DNA of 64,000 bases from the NCBI GenBank assembly GCA_964036045.1, contig OZ038379.1, positions 30,814,001 to 30,878,000 of the forward strand, read 5' to 3'. Positions 1-11,039 of the stretch are shown here, in pieces. This DNA comes from Eutreptiella sp. 'Long Island Sound 2002' (Eukaryota; Protista; Euglenida). The first letter of the stretch is position 1. Each line of letters opens with the position of its first letter. Made by a program: the position numbers and the translations under genes. The notes beneath the pieces are model-generated. The model was not told the DNA's origin, made no database searches, and saw nothing but the letters and a program-made list of their open reading frames with translations.

Positions 1-153
1 GGTCTGTACAGTGTACTCCAGGTTTAAACCTGGGACAGCACCCGGACGCTCCATTATGCCTAGATCCACAAACGACATGGTGCTCTGCATCTCACGTGGC
101 TCCAGAGTAAATGCCTTGCTCAAGAGCTCCTGGAAGATGACATTAGGGAAGAC
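1..153 (-). CDS. PsbP-domain protein, internal exon (continues beyond window edge)
   Basis: Minus strand after acceptor gtgacAG (155-154) reads VFPNVIFQELLSKAFTLEPREMQSTMSFVDLGIMERPGAVPGLNLEYTVQT, open to position 1. It joins in phase 0 to the 2685-3071 exon, and LEYTVQT resembles the PsbP-fold EY-x-V strand. Confidence 0.6.
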
Positions 154-384
154 CTGTCACTGCTATGGCACATAGCCAGTCCCCAACACCTGCCCCTCCT
201 GCCCCAAGGGAAGTCACAAATCAGACAAGAGGACCAGTGGTTAGTGGCGTGGCCAATTCCCAACATTGTGGTTGGCCAACTCCCACGTCTTCACCCCCCC
301 CCCGGCAGGAGAAAGAGGAGAATCCCCCCTCCCCCCTTCAAACCCCCATGTTGGAATGTCCCACCTGCGCTGAGTCCGCCATTT

Positions 385-545
385 TCGGCCGATTTTGGTC
401 ATTGTTGGGGCGCCGAGGCGCCCGATTTTGGTCAAACTTGGACCGCCAAGTCGGCCCATTTTGGTTGACTCGGGGGCGCCAAAACGGTCGATTTTGGTCG
501 ATTTGGGGGCACCCAGAGGGCCAATTTCGGTCACTTTCGGGCCGC
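385..545 (+). repeat. 33-bp minisatellite, ~5 copies, inside PsbP intron
   Basis: Core CCGATTTTGGTCA or variants recurs at about 389, 422, 455, 488 and 521. Confidence 0.85.
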
Positions 546-832
546 CGATCATTGAAGGGGTCAGACCCAGCCACTGTAAAAGAAACAGTACAACGTGCAA
601 CCCAGCGCTTTGACAAAAACATAAGTTTTGTATGCCATTTAGAGCCGCTTCTGGGTTTTCAGCCCCCCTCGCAGTGTGCAAACCTCCACCCATCCAAACC
701 CCTCCCACCTTCCCCCCTCCTCCCCCCTTCTGTTCCCCTCAGACGGCTACTAAAGCTATCGAAAAATAGGGTCCTGCAGGCTTGCCTAGACCAATCTAGT
801 CCCACAACAATATGCAGAATACCTGCTGCACG

Positions 833-1110
833 GGGGGGGGGGGGGGCGTAGCATCGGGCCATACGCCGACTCCTTCCCACTCTCGGACCACTTTCAGGGT
901 GGGGGGGGGGGGGAAGCCTAGAAGGGGGGGGGGGGGGCTAGGCTTCATACCCTGACATATATGGCATAAAATGACCGCCTCATTGCGCTAATCACTTCGA
1001 AGCATGTATGTTGGAGAAAATTTTTTTGAAACAAGGGGGGGGGGGAGCATGGTAGGTGGTACTTTTGTTTAAGGGCATAGCACCCCGGAGTCAATTCCCG
1101 GCCACTATTG
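833..1110 (+). repeat. dispersed repeat family C (poly-G...gcgtagcatcgggcc...aaaatgacc...gtaggtggtacttttgttt)
   Basis: Related sequence at about 6568-6778, 27300-27378 and 27730-27935. Confidence 0.8.
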
Positions 1111-1224
1111 CTCGTGGCGCCCCACCCAGGCCGAACCATGCTTGTTTTCAGGGCAGAGTTGATGCATGTTCCGAAACCCGTTGGAGGAGCAAGGGGGGGA
1201 GGGGCTGTTTGCACCACGTGCACT

Positions 1225-1378
1225 ACATCACCCCTGCATTCTCGGGGGTCCCCAACAAAGGGGACAAAATCAGAATTGGCTGCCTCAATCCTACCTTCTG
1301 GGGGGCCGAAAAGTGGGCGAAAATGCTACATCACCCCTGCATTCTCGGGGTCCCCAACAAAGGGGACAAAATCAAAGC
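1225..1378 (+). repeat. dispersed/tandem repeat family A (catcacccctgcattctcgggggtccccaacaaaggggacaaaatcag)
   Basis: Two units here; further copies at about 27945-28085, 33975-34255 and 51590-51830. Confidence 0.85.
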
Positions 1379-1456
1379 ACCAAAAAAAAAACAACAGAAA
1401 AACCTACGAAAAAAATTTGTACTACGTCCCTGACCCTGCCTAGGGTCCTGCATGTT

Positions 1457-1528
1457 GCCCCCAGTGGGGATTGAACCCATGACCCTGCAATTGCAGAGAC
1501 ACTACTTTACCCACTAGGGTATGGGCCA
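1457..1528 (-). pseudogene. tRNA-Cys(GCA)-like sequence embedded in a dispersed repeat
   Basis: Minus strand GCCCATA CC CTAGTGGGTAAAGTAG ... CT-GCA-AT ... ATGGG TTCAATC CCCAC TGGGGGC A. It has a B-box GGTTCAATCC, an A-box-like motif, partial acceptor and T stems, and a broken anticodon stem. Confidence 0.55.
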
Positions 1529-2369
1529 TCTCTGAGAAACTTCTGCACAGGGGTGGTATTGGTATTTGGTCCAATTTGGTTTTCATCCTTTTTGGGGGTC
1601 TCCTGAAAAAACTGAGTATTTTGAGTATAGACACATGAGGTGAAAACCAAATTTTTTCACCCTCTACTAGATCAAGCAAATTTTCCTTAGGGCGCCTTCG
1701 GCGCCCATGGTCCGGCACTTTCGGGCCAAATTCAGGCAGGGGGGGGGGGGGGGGGAGTCGGCGTAAAGGGTCCAGTCCCGGCGAGCCCCCTGTGACCTGC
1801 TGCCTAATAGTTAGCTGGGCTTAAATGGCCCAAAGCCCCTCACAGGCCTATTTAGCACGAGAGTCGTAGGCTTCAGGCTTCTCCAAATGGCTGCACTAGA
1901 TCCCGGGGAGCTTCCCTTTGCTCATAGGCTCCGGTGACAGGACCGGGGTTAAATTAGCTGACCTTTGACCAGCAGGTATGCAGGCTGACACTCGGGAACC
2001 ACAATGGTATATGGAGGACAGTGGGAGCAGGGGGCAGGCGGGAGAAGGGAGGTAGTGGGAAAGCAATGAATTGATTCACATCGTAGCCTTGCATTTGGTA
2101 ACCTCCACCCAAATTTCTTGGCCATAAATGCAACGATGGCCATCACCCAGATCAAATCTCTTTGTTTTGACGAATATGCCACTCCTGGATGAGCTCTGAG
2201 GCCTTCATGTTCCTCAACCTCCGTGCACCCCCCCTTACAACCCAGTAGTAGTAGGCAGTAGAGGGCTTGACCGCAGAGAGCTCGACAGCAGAAGGATAGA
2301 CACAAAATAGCTTGGCAACAGAGGAATGACACGAACAGTTGGTTTGCTGCGGATGTTATGAACCTCGCA

Positions 2370-2508
2370 CTTTGAGCTCATGAGTTCAACGCCCCCGAGC
2401 CATGCGGTATGTATGTTAGGGCCCACTCCACCATCCACGGCAGTCCCAAGTACTGCCAAGTGCACATATTTCAGAGGAGGTAGGAGTCGAATGCGGATAG
2501 ATATTTGG
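2370..2508 (+). repeat. dispersed repeat (~110-140 bp), second copy at ~6080-6175
   Basis: Shared atgttagggcccactccacca...tactgccaagtg...catatt...gcggatagatattt. Confidence 0.8.
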
Positions 2509-2684
2509 TGGGAGAGGGCAGAGCATCGGCAACTGAGGGCTTGGTAGCAGGAAGCAAGCCTACATTCGGGTGATCCTGTGCAGGAACCTCCTGGAGACCA
2601 AAGATGGGTCTCCAAATTCTGATACCATAGCACCACAACCTTCCGCCACCCACTTCTGCATCTCCCGCCTTAGCCCTGGCTGAC

Positions 2685-3071
2685 CTTATCGAGCAGCTGG
2701 TCAGCAGTCAACCCCAACTCGGCAGCACTGTACCGCCGGACGTTGAATGTGTCAGCATTTCCGAAATCCACCAAAAACGCCAAAGCTCCCGGCTCGGTGG
2801 CGGGTATCTTGTCCGAGCGGTCATACGCTACAAGCCACTTCTTTGGAAACGTGCATGTGAACTCCTTCGACTTAGAGACAAAGGGCTTGGTCTCCAAAAG
2901 GAGAGGCTGTTCCGTCGTCGTGGCTGCAGCAAAAGCCTGGGGAGTCCAGAACGACGCAAGCCCCAGGGCGGCCGTTGCAGTGGTGAGAATGCTGCGGCGT
3001 GGAACTGGCTGGGGCTGCTGTTTAGCAGGGACATCAGAGGCCGGCTGGTTCGAGTAACGGGCCGTGTGAAA
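2685..3071 (-). CDS. PsbP-domain thylakoid lumen protein, exon with Tat signal and start of mature domain
   Basis: 129 codons between acceptor ttcacAG (3073-3072) and donor AAG|GTCAGC (2684). Translation FHTARYSNQ...PRRSILTTATAALGLASFWTPQAFAA (RR + hydrophobic + AxA) then FTCTFPKKWLVAYDRS...GALAFLVDFGNADTFNV, which resembles PsbP-like proteins (F-x-x-x-x-P-x-x-W motif). Confidence 0.7.
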
Positions 3072-4127
3072 CTGTGAATGCAGATGAACCAGCAGTGTAG
3101 AAGTGTTAACTGCGCTTCAGGCGCTGGTGGGCTTTGGCACAATAAGCACTGGTGGGCTGCGCATTTGACACTGTGTATGTGGCATCAAAGGTTCACATGA
3201 GGGGTAAAGAGGGTTGTTGAGCATTAGACAGGTGCAATCATGTGCTGCACATGAGAGACATTCTTCATCCTTCCTTGTCATATGCTACTAACTCTCAGAC
3301 AAAGAAAGGGGAAGGTAAGGGATGAAGTGTCTGTTTTGGAAAGCTGCAAAAAAAATCATTCCCGTGGACTCCATTCACGTTCTGGTGCAGGGTGTAGAGG
3401 TGAGAGGTTGTACTCAAGCTGAGGGATCATACCAGCCCGCAATCAGTACTGTCGCCCTGCAGACAAACCACCAACCACTCAAAACACCAACTGCACACGC
3501 AAGGGCCAAAGCTGAAAAGTGATTTGCGTGTCCACTGCATCCACATTTCGGGGATCAACCACCATGCGCCAAGCACCAATGGATGAATGGTCCGCGAGGG
3601 GAGGTTCTCGTTGGGGGGTCCGAGACGGCCAAGTTTGTGCACAGCACGTACACACAGCACGTACACAGCACAAGGTGCGACCCACAATTTGACCTCCCTC
3701 TTCAATGTGGTCTGTTGAGCTGCAGCTCCATCGACTACCAATCAACAACCAAGAATGCATGCAAACCATGAATCCCCAAACAATGCTCAACGACCTCTTG
3801 CAACCTCAATCAAAATAACGGTCAACAACCCTTACCACCCATCAAAGCCTATCCACTATGATTCTCGAGACCTTGCGCAACCCTGAACTGGAAAAACAAT
3901 GAGAGAACATTTTGGGCCCTCCCCATGTGCCAATCGTGTGAAGATGTGTTGAGGAATCACGTTGACATGATGAGGCGGGGCGCAAGATACTGGCTAAACT
4001 GACTGCACAAGAGGCACAGCTGCCAGCAAGGTGTTGCAAGTAGGGTGTCCCCATGTTCCACCCTTTCCACTGCTAGGATCCCTACAAAGCACTAAACAAC
4101 TGCGGGAGGCGGTCTGTTGGGGGCTAC

Positions 4128-4436
4128 ATAGCATAGGGAGGAGGCAACCAGTCCAACTTGCACACGGTTGCCAGTCTGCATGGGGTTGGCATGAAAGACA
4201 CGGGATGTGGGTTGTGTGGCCCTTGTTGGGACCCAGAACTGTGCAGTTGAAGGTACTTGAGTTGTCTGCAGGTAGCCAGCCAAGCCAGCCAACCAAAGGA
4301 TAGTACCAAATGCCACCAACCAGACAGCATGCGCAGAGGAACAGCTTGAAGCTTGGGAAGTTGGCATCACAGCCAATGGATGGTCTGGCAGCAAGACGAG
4401 ACACTCTGGGCGCAGCTGCGCATCGGCTTGAGACAT
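4128..4436 (-). CDS. probable first exon of the PsbP-like gene (euglenid plastid-targeting presequence)
   Basis: ATG at 4436: MSQADAQ...AVWLVAFGTILWLAGLAGYLQTTQVPSTAQFWVPTRATQPTSRV, a hydrophobic signal followed by an S/T/A/R-rich transit-like stretch. Phase-0 GT donors lie after 4158 or 4128. The exact end and any extra small exons are unresolved. Confidence 0.5.
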
Positions 4437-4636
4437 GGTGCTGGCTGATAGCACGATTGATTTCTGAACGGAGGAGATGACCATTTGCTACTCCCTTGCT
4501 TATTCATAACACTCTGATTCATTTAAGTGACGCCAATGGCCCAGAAACTCTTTGTTAGAAACCATTTCCCGTCCCAATATGTTCTACTTTTCAAGGTTTT
4601 CACAGGCGGAGCCAGTACTTGTGAAGAAAATTGGTA

Positions 4637-5084
4637 CCCTCCCCCCCCTGGTCGTTCCCCACCCGAGGGAAGACGGTCCCCCACCGACGGTCACCAAGCG
4701 ACGGTCCCCCACCCCCCCCTTGGGGACCGCACCACCACCGTACACGCACATTTGCAGGCACAGAAATTGCAGCATAAAACGAAATAATTCAGCATAGGAT
4801 GTGTTCAAAGGGCTGCCAATGTACGGAGACCTACTCCTTGACCGGCTCAGTGTACAACATCACACTTGTCCCAGGCGGAAACATGGTTGTGCTATCAAGT
4901 TCCATTTCAGCGAAAGTGAGCAAAATGTCCTGCCATGAGTGCAAGGGATACAAGTGGCAGTGCCCCACAACACAGTCACCTACACAACAACACAATGAGC
5001 CGCAACGAAAATTTTTGGGTTGACCAAGTGACGGTCCCCCAACCCCCGCCCCCCCGGGAACGACAAGGGGGGGGGGGGGGGGGG
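4637..5084. mobile_element. MITE with poly-C/poly-G-terminated TIRs and TA target duplication
   Basis: Left TA|CCCTCCCCCCCCTGGTCGTTCCC (TA at 4635-4636); right GGGAACGACAAG(G)n|TA (TA at 5085-5086). No ORF. Confidence 0.8.
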
Positions 5085-6777
5085 TAGCAGATTGATTCTA
5101 CATGTTGCCTTTGTGTGAAAGAAACCCACTGTGTTGGGCTGACCGTGTACTGAATGTATTTCTTGCAGCATGGGCTGGTCACTTAGCGCCACGATGCCTT
5201 TCTGCTTTGTGGCTGCAGTCCATGGTGTATGACAGCCACCTCTCATGAGGCCTGAGACAACTGACTGTACTGCAACAGACCCAAACTATTTGACGACATT
5301 TGGGTAGGTGGGAGGGCAGGGTGACTAAGAAGCATGATGGCTGCGGCTGGAGTGCCAGATCCATTGACCAAGGGGCAGGGGACAGACACCGGACAGTGCT
5401 CACTGGTGGGTAAATGGGGCTTTACCTCAAGCATTCAAAGCCCTCTGCTGTTGGGCTCAACAAACACTGTCAGGCTTCCTCAACCTACTCCCCATGTACA
5501 GATGCCCGAGATCAGCAAAAGAGGCCAGGATTTAGCTCACCATGTCCAAAGAGGGATGTAGAGAGGCGCGCCTCACTTCCAAGGTGCTGAAGGAAGACCA
5601 CGAGCCCCAATGTGTGCCCAGGTGAGGGTCAACACCTGCTCTTTCTGACCAAGTGGACGAAGGGATTCAAACCCCCAACCCATGACTCAGCACCCATGCA
5701 TGTCACCATCAGACGAGCCCCACTGCTGCCTTACACTGCCCACATCCTCAGCGCTAGAGACCCGAACTGACTTAACCCTTATCCAACCACCTACGGTATT
5801 TGCTCGTTTGAATGGAAGGGTGGGGGCTCTTATCCACCACCTCTGTGTGTATATCACAGATGTAAAAATGATATTCAACAATGCGACACAAGATGCCCAG
5901 ATGCCCAGACTACTTGAGGTGAGATTTTGAAGTCCACACAACTGTCAAAACCACAGCAAGAACGCTTCAACATGAAGTCAGAGGGCAATGGTTCAGGCTT
6001 GTACCCACCTCCCACATGCCAGGCCACAACTCATGCAGCCATAAACATGCGTGCACAGTGCAGGTACTTCCTCCCATATATGTTAGGGCCCACTCCACCA
6101 ACCATGCCACTCCCAAATACTGCCAAGTGCCCATATTTTAGAGGAGATAGGGGTAGATTGCGGATAGATATTTGCACATCCCAGCTTCACTCGGTATTTC
6201 GTAACCCAAGTCCTAGTTCATGCCACTGTCTACTAGCAGCAGCCTGCCGGTGCACGCAGCTTGCCATGCACGGTCGTGGACCACAACTGGCCCAATGGTC
6301 TTCCCTGATTGCAGTAATTGTCTGTAATTGTCTGACCAATTGTCCCTACGTTTCCACATGAAAACTAATGCTATCCAGCAATTAGCAAGGCGCATGCTGC
6401 AAGGGATGGGCAAAGCGAGTCATGTGGACATCAGTGCCACCTCGACATCGTAAAAAGACATTTGCCATTTCACCGACTTTTGCGGAAAAATGGACATCAC
6501 TCATCGTTTGTGATCAAAACTGAACTTCTCAGAACCTTTGCGGTGTAGCACAATCACGGGGGGCGGGGGGGGGGGGGGGGGGGCGTAGCATCGGGCCTCT
6601 CAACACCGCCGACTCCCTCCCACTTTCCAGCCGATTTCAAGGCGGGGGGGGGGGGGGTCTAGGGCCAGCTCAAGGGGAGGGGGGCACTCGCACCCCAACA
6701 TATATGGCTTAAAATGACCCCCTTATCGCGCTGAACATTTTTGTGGTATGTATGTTGGCAGAAAGAATTTGCAACAG

Positions 6778-6998
6778 GGCCATGAGGCAACGGATACTGG
6801 GCTCGCATACGCCCCCGTGTCACAGGAGCATGGTCATCACCACTCAGTTCAATGTTTTGCCTTGCTGCACTGCAGCGCAGACCAGTTCAGTACCACTCCA
6901 GGTGGTTTGTGATTGTGCGTTGGCCGCCTGTACATCTGGGTCAGCTCACACCCACCACCCTCCCACAGTGCCGGTTTGTCTCTAACGCTCGCTCTGCG

Positions 6999-7000
<2 letters not shown>
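6778..7000 (+). repeat. dispersed ~220-bp repeat, second copy at ~27378-27605
   Basis: Near-identical ggccatgaggcaacggatactgggctcgcatacgcccccgtgtcacagg...tgcactgcagcgcagaccagtt in both places. Confidence 0.9.

Positions 7001-7001
<1 letters not shown>

Positions 7002-7070
<69 letters not shown>
7002..7070 (+). repeat. (TC)n microsatellite
   Basis: Direct reading. Confidence 0.95.
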
Positions 7071-7073
<3 letters not shown>

Positions 7074-7249
7074 GGGCCTCTTTCTCTCTCTGTGTCTCGT
7101 CCTCTTCACCCTCCCAAGGGGGTTTATCTTTCTCCTCACCCTCCCAGGGGGTTTTCCTTCCTTCTCACCCTCCCCACCCTTTCTCTTTGTCCCTCTCTCC
7201 CCATAGTCTCTGCCTCGTCTTACCCCCCCCTCTCTGCTTGCTGGCTCAT

Positions 7250-9350
7250 TTCAGGCATATCGCCGTTCGCATGGCGGTGTGCTCAGCAACGTGTAAAGGA
7301 ACCGTACAGCGTCCCCCGTTACCGGTTCCGTTTGCCTGAAGAGCGTTTTTTGAAACAGCCTTATGAGATCAGCTCGGCCCGTCAACCACACGTGCAGGCA
7401 GTCTCCATTCCTACTCACAGAGGATGGCACCGCTCTGTGGCCCTCTGCCGTCGGGCAGTGGAGGATTGCCTCCCACTGGAACGGGTGCCACTTGCCAGCA
7501 CTCTTGGGCCGCCACTCAATCTGCATGTTTGTAAGGGCCCGAGTCTTCAGGGTCCAGTTGATTTGACCATCACCGAATAGAGTTCTTGATTGTTCATCAC
7601 CAATAGTTCTCCGTGATTGTCCACAATTTCACAGTGCATCCTCGTGTTGTGGGGTTGGTCCAGTCATAGCCAGATTTGCTGATTCCGTGCCCAGGCCATA
7701 GTGTTCAGCTCCGCATTGACAGCTCTCAACCCTTCCTCCACTACAGCGTCCAGCTGGTTCAGTGCTTGTACCTTGAGACGCTAGCGTGCTTGCTGGGGCT
7801 TGATTTTCTTGGAGGCGGGGTTGATTTGTGTGTATGGGCCGTGTCGATACTGCTATGGCCCCCACCTCTCCCGTGTCTCCCATGGCTTTCTTGGCGGCAT
7901 CACGCCAGAGAGTTCCTCCGCGACAGGACGCGGAGTTTGTATCTGTACACAGCTGTTGCTGGGCTTTTGTTGCTGCCGTGTTTCGCGATAGAACGCGGGG
8001 CCCACGTCAACTCCTCCCCACCATGCATGCACAAACACAGACATACACAACAACACGAATGAGTTATGGGTTGGTCTCCTGTTTCAAAGCAGCTTCAGTG
8101 TCGGTAGGGAAGAAGTCCCCCTCACTCAGCAAATGGGTTACGGGTGCTGAGCTAGATGCTGCATCAACATCGACGACAACAGGGGCTGGCCGCTGGGACA
8201 AGCGTTGTGCAGAGCGCGGGGCCATCCCGCAGAACTTTTTTTGCGAGGGCGGTGCTGGTGCGGCAGCCTCAGGGTTGGAACTGCTGCCTGTGACAGCACT
8301 GCTGGTTGCGTCACCATCCGAGGCATCACTCCCACTCCCACTCCCACTCTCACTCCCACTCTCACTCCCACTGTCACTGCCACTCGGTAAGTCTCCTATG
8401 TCCGACTGGGGATCCCCTGCGGGCTCAGACGAATCCTCTGCATCCACGACAATGCGCCGATGCAGCTTCGCTGACCGCATTGGCAAAATGCGCCGCGCAC
8501 TGCCATCTCCCTCGGGCACGTGCCCAGGCGGCACGTACTCCGCGGACGAGTCCACCTGCGACGGATCAGGAACAACCAACACCTGTTGGGCATCTTGTAC
8601 TGTACACACCCTAACCTTTCTCTTTGCCCTTCTCTGTGCCTTGGCCTCTGCCCTACGCTGACAGCTGGGCATAAAGGAGCCCACCGAAACGTAGGAAAAC
8701 GTGGGCCACCCTTGTAGTACTTCTAACTGGAATGCCACCCACTCACGCCTACCACTACGTTCAGACCCGCAGCGTCCACAAATGCAGCAGGCATCATGCG
8801 CATCCACTTCATTCCCATCACTGCACTAGCAGCGATTGGGTTTGCAGGTGCCAAAGGACCCTATGTTTGGCAGTGCCAATAGTGGCCGCGCTCCACAATG
8901 ATACGCCACTCCGGCGACGCACTCAGAACACACTGTTCCAACACTAACGCCCATTGGACAGGCTTCCACAAGTGTACTTGTGACCGCCTGCTTTTGCGGA
9001 CACGGAACTTAATATAAAGCTCACGAGTGAGTGTTTCCCTGATGCTATCTTCAAAGCAAGTGGTGGTTAGCGTGGCAAACGTCTTGCCAACACGCAGATC
9101 GCGCTCCCCTGCCTCATCGCTGTATTGGATGGGCAGGTGTGCTTGGGAGAAGGCGTGTGTAAGGCCGTGCAAAAAAAGTGTGGCTGTTGACCCACTCTCT
9201 GCATACTCCATGATCAAATGGATCAGGTACACATGGATTTTGCCCCAAGCATGGCATTCCCCCAGGGGTAGGCCAAGATATGAGGCATACAGCAGGACTA
9301 CCACATGGCAGAAAGACAGAAACAACGGATGAAAAGGGAGCGGGAGGATG
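7250..9350 (-). mobile_element. degenerate transposon-like coding relic (MuDR-like N-terminal segment, Ser/Gly linker)
   Basis: [11 protein letters not shown]...FEDSIRE...[11 protein letters not shown] (about 9000-9110) resembles the MuDR DNA-binding segment. It is followed by broken protein-like frames, including ORF 8064-8807 with SGSESGS repeats. Multiple stops and frameshifts. Confidence 0.3.
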
Positions 9351-9430
9351 CAATCTTGTGCTATCAGTGCTGCAAATTCCCGCGCCTCACGGCCAGTGAA
9401 AGAAACCCCGGTGCGAACTCGGCGTTGCAC

Positions 9431-9492
9431 GAGGCTACAATACGGTTTGCTGTCCTGTGGAATGTCCCCCAACTTGTACCGAGGCGCAACAG

Positions 9493-9573
<81 letters not shown>

Positions 9574-9655
9574 GTACCCATATATAGGCTACAATACGGT
9601 TTGCTGTCCTGTGGAATGTCCCCCAACTTGTACCGAGGCGCAACAGCACACTTTT

Positions 9656-9730
<75 letters not shown>
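9431..9730 (+). repeat. tandem duplication of a ~65-bp unit, each followed by (TA)n
   Basis: aggctacaatacggtttgctgtcctgtggaatgtcccccaacttgtaccgaggcgcaacagcaca at ~9432 and ~9586; (TA)n at 9495-9570 and 9659-9730. Confidence 0.9.
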
Positions 9731-9733
<3 letters not shown>

Positions 9734-9742
9734 TCCAATCTA

Positions 9743-10917
9743 CACCCCTCTCCTAGCTCTAGGTGGCTCCACCACACGGCTCTAAGGTACGTGCGAAGGG
9801 CACAAAGTGGTGCATACATGTGGTGGAAGGGGCTAAACTGGGTCAAAACGGGCTCAGAATGGGCTAAAAACACTTGTTTGAGCATCCCAAATGGTCTGGG
9901 ATCACTTTTGGAAAAACGCGTTTTTGACCCGTTTTTGACCCACTTTTGGTCCCAAAATGGCCCATTTTCGTGGGCATTTTGGGATTTTCCATAGGCCAAA
10001 ACCCGTCGCCACGGGCTCAAAATGGGCTAAAACCACTTGTTTGAGCATCATAAATGGTCCAGGATCATTTTTGGAAAAACACGTTTTTGACCCATTTTTG
10101 ACCCATTGTTGGTCCCAAAACGGCCCCTTTTCAAGGCATTTTGGGATTTCCCATGGCCCAAAACGCGCTACCACGGGCTCAAAAGGGCCGAAAAACAGTT
10201 GTTTGAGCATTCCAAGTGGTCCAGGAACAATTTTGGAAAAAATGTTTTTTTCGCCCTGGGGACCCTCGTGGACCCACCGTTGGCCCCAACTGTGCGTGGG
10301 CACGCCGGCCCTCTGGCTGCATCAAGTGACCACTGGTACGGGGGTCTACGTGTCTCGTTGGGCGATTCTGAGGCTTGGAAACCACAAAACGTGGGGGGTT
10401 GCGGGTGGACTAGGTGCCCTCGGAATTCGTTTTTGAGCCACGTAGCCCAAGATACGGCCCGTTCTTGGTTTCGGGGTGCTGGTGCACATCGCGCAGTTTT
10501 TTGGGGCTTTTTGGCGCCTTTTTGGGCCGTTTCTCGGACATATCGTGGAGTTAGAGGGCACCAGAGGTCCCTTGGTCACGGGAACGTCAAGCCGCACGTG
10601 CAGTCAGCAGCTGTTTGCCTTCGTTTGGCTGTTTTGAACCCTTACTAGGGCTGTTTTCGGGGGAAAATGGCTGTTTTTGGCCCAAAGCTGCGCAGGTTTG
10701 GGAGGGCACCTCCCGACTTGGCGACACCGCCCCGGGTCGCCAGCGGTGAGTTTTTGGCTCCAATCTTGGATTTGGCAAGGGCACCACCTAGGCTCCAAGA
10801 TGGCTACATAGGGACAAGATCCGAAGCGTTGGGACGGAGCAATGGCCAAAACTGCACGGAGACGTGTTGTTGTTGCTTGCTTGTTGCTTGTTAGCTAAAT
10901 TTAAGGGGAGAGGGGTG
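9743..10917. mobile_element. non-autonomous TIR element (family B) with internal ~162-bp tandem units
   Basis: Perfect inverted repeat CTACACCCCTCTCC (9740-9753) / GGAGAGGGGTGTAG (10907-10920), read as TA|CACCCCTCTCC...GGAGAGGGGTG|TA. Internal units start at 9848, 10011 and 10173. Related copies at ~28660-28920 and ~45720-46960 (opposite orientation). Confidence 0.75.
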
Positions 10918-10920
10918 TAG

Positions 10921-10922
<2 letters not shown>

Positions 10923-10974
<52 letters not shown>

Positions 10975-10978
10975 GTAC

Positions 10979-11033
<55 letters not shown>
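10923..11033. repeat. (TA)n-GGGTACCC-(AT)n perfect palindrome
   Basis: Direct reading; the same core motif is at ~9570. Confidence 0.9.

Positions 11034-11039
<6 letters not shown>

Noticed and set aside
7363-7566. FLLTEDGTAL...LLGRHS as a tyrosine recombinase
   Set aside because: The HxxR motif is absent, and the opposite strand has better-supported protein-like frames.
6852-7580. 242-aa ORF with an SLSLSL tract
   Set aside because: It is a chimera of a dispersed repeat and a (TC)n microsatellite.
9658-10787. Long ORFs across family B ([14 protein letters not shown]-type peptides; also 28679-28924 and 46286-46884)
   Set aside because: They are open in several frames on both strands of a tandem DNA repeat inside a TIR element, with no coherent domain.
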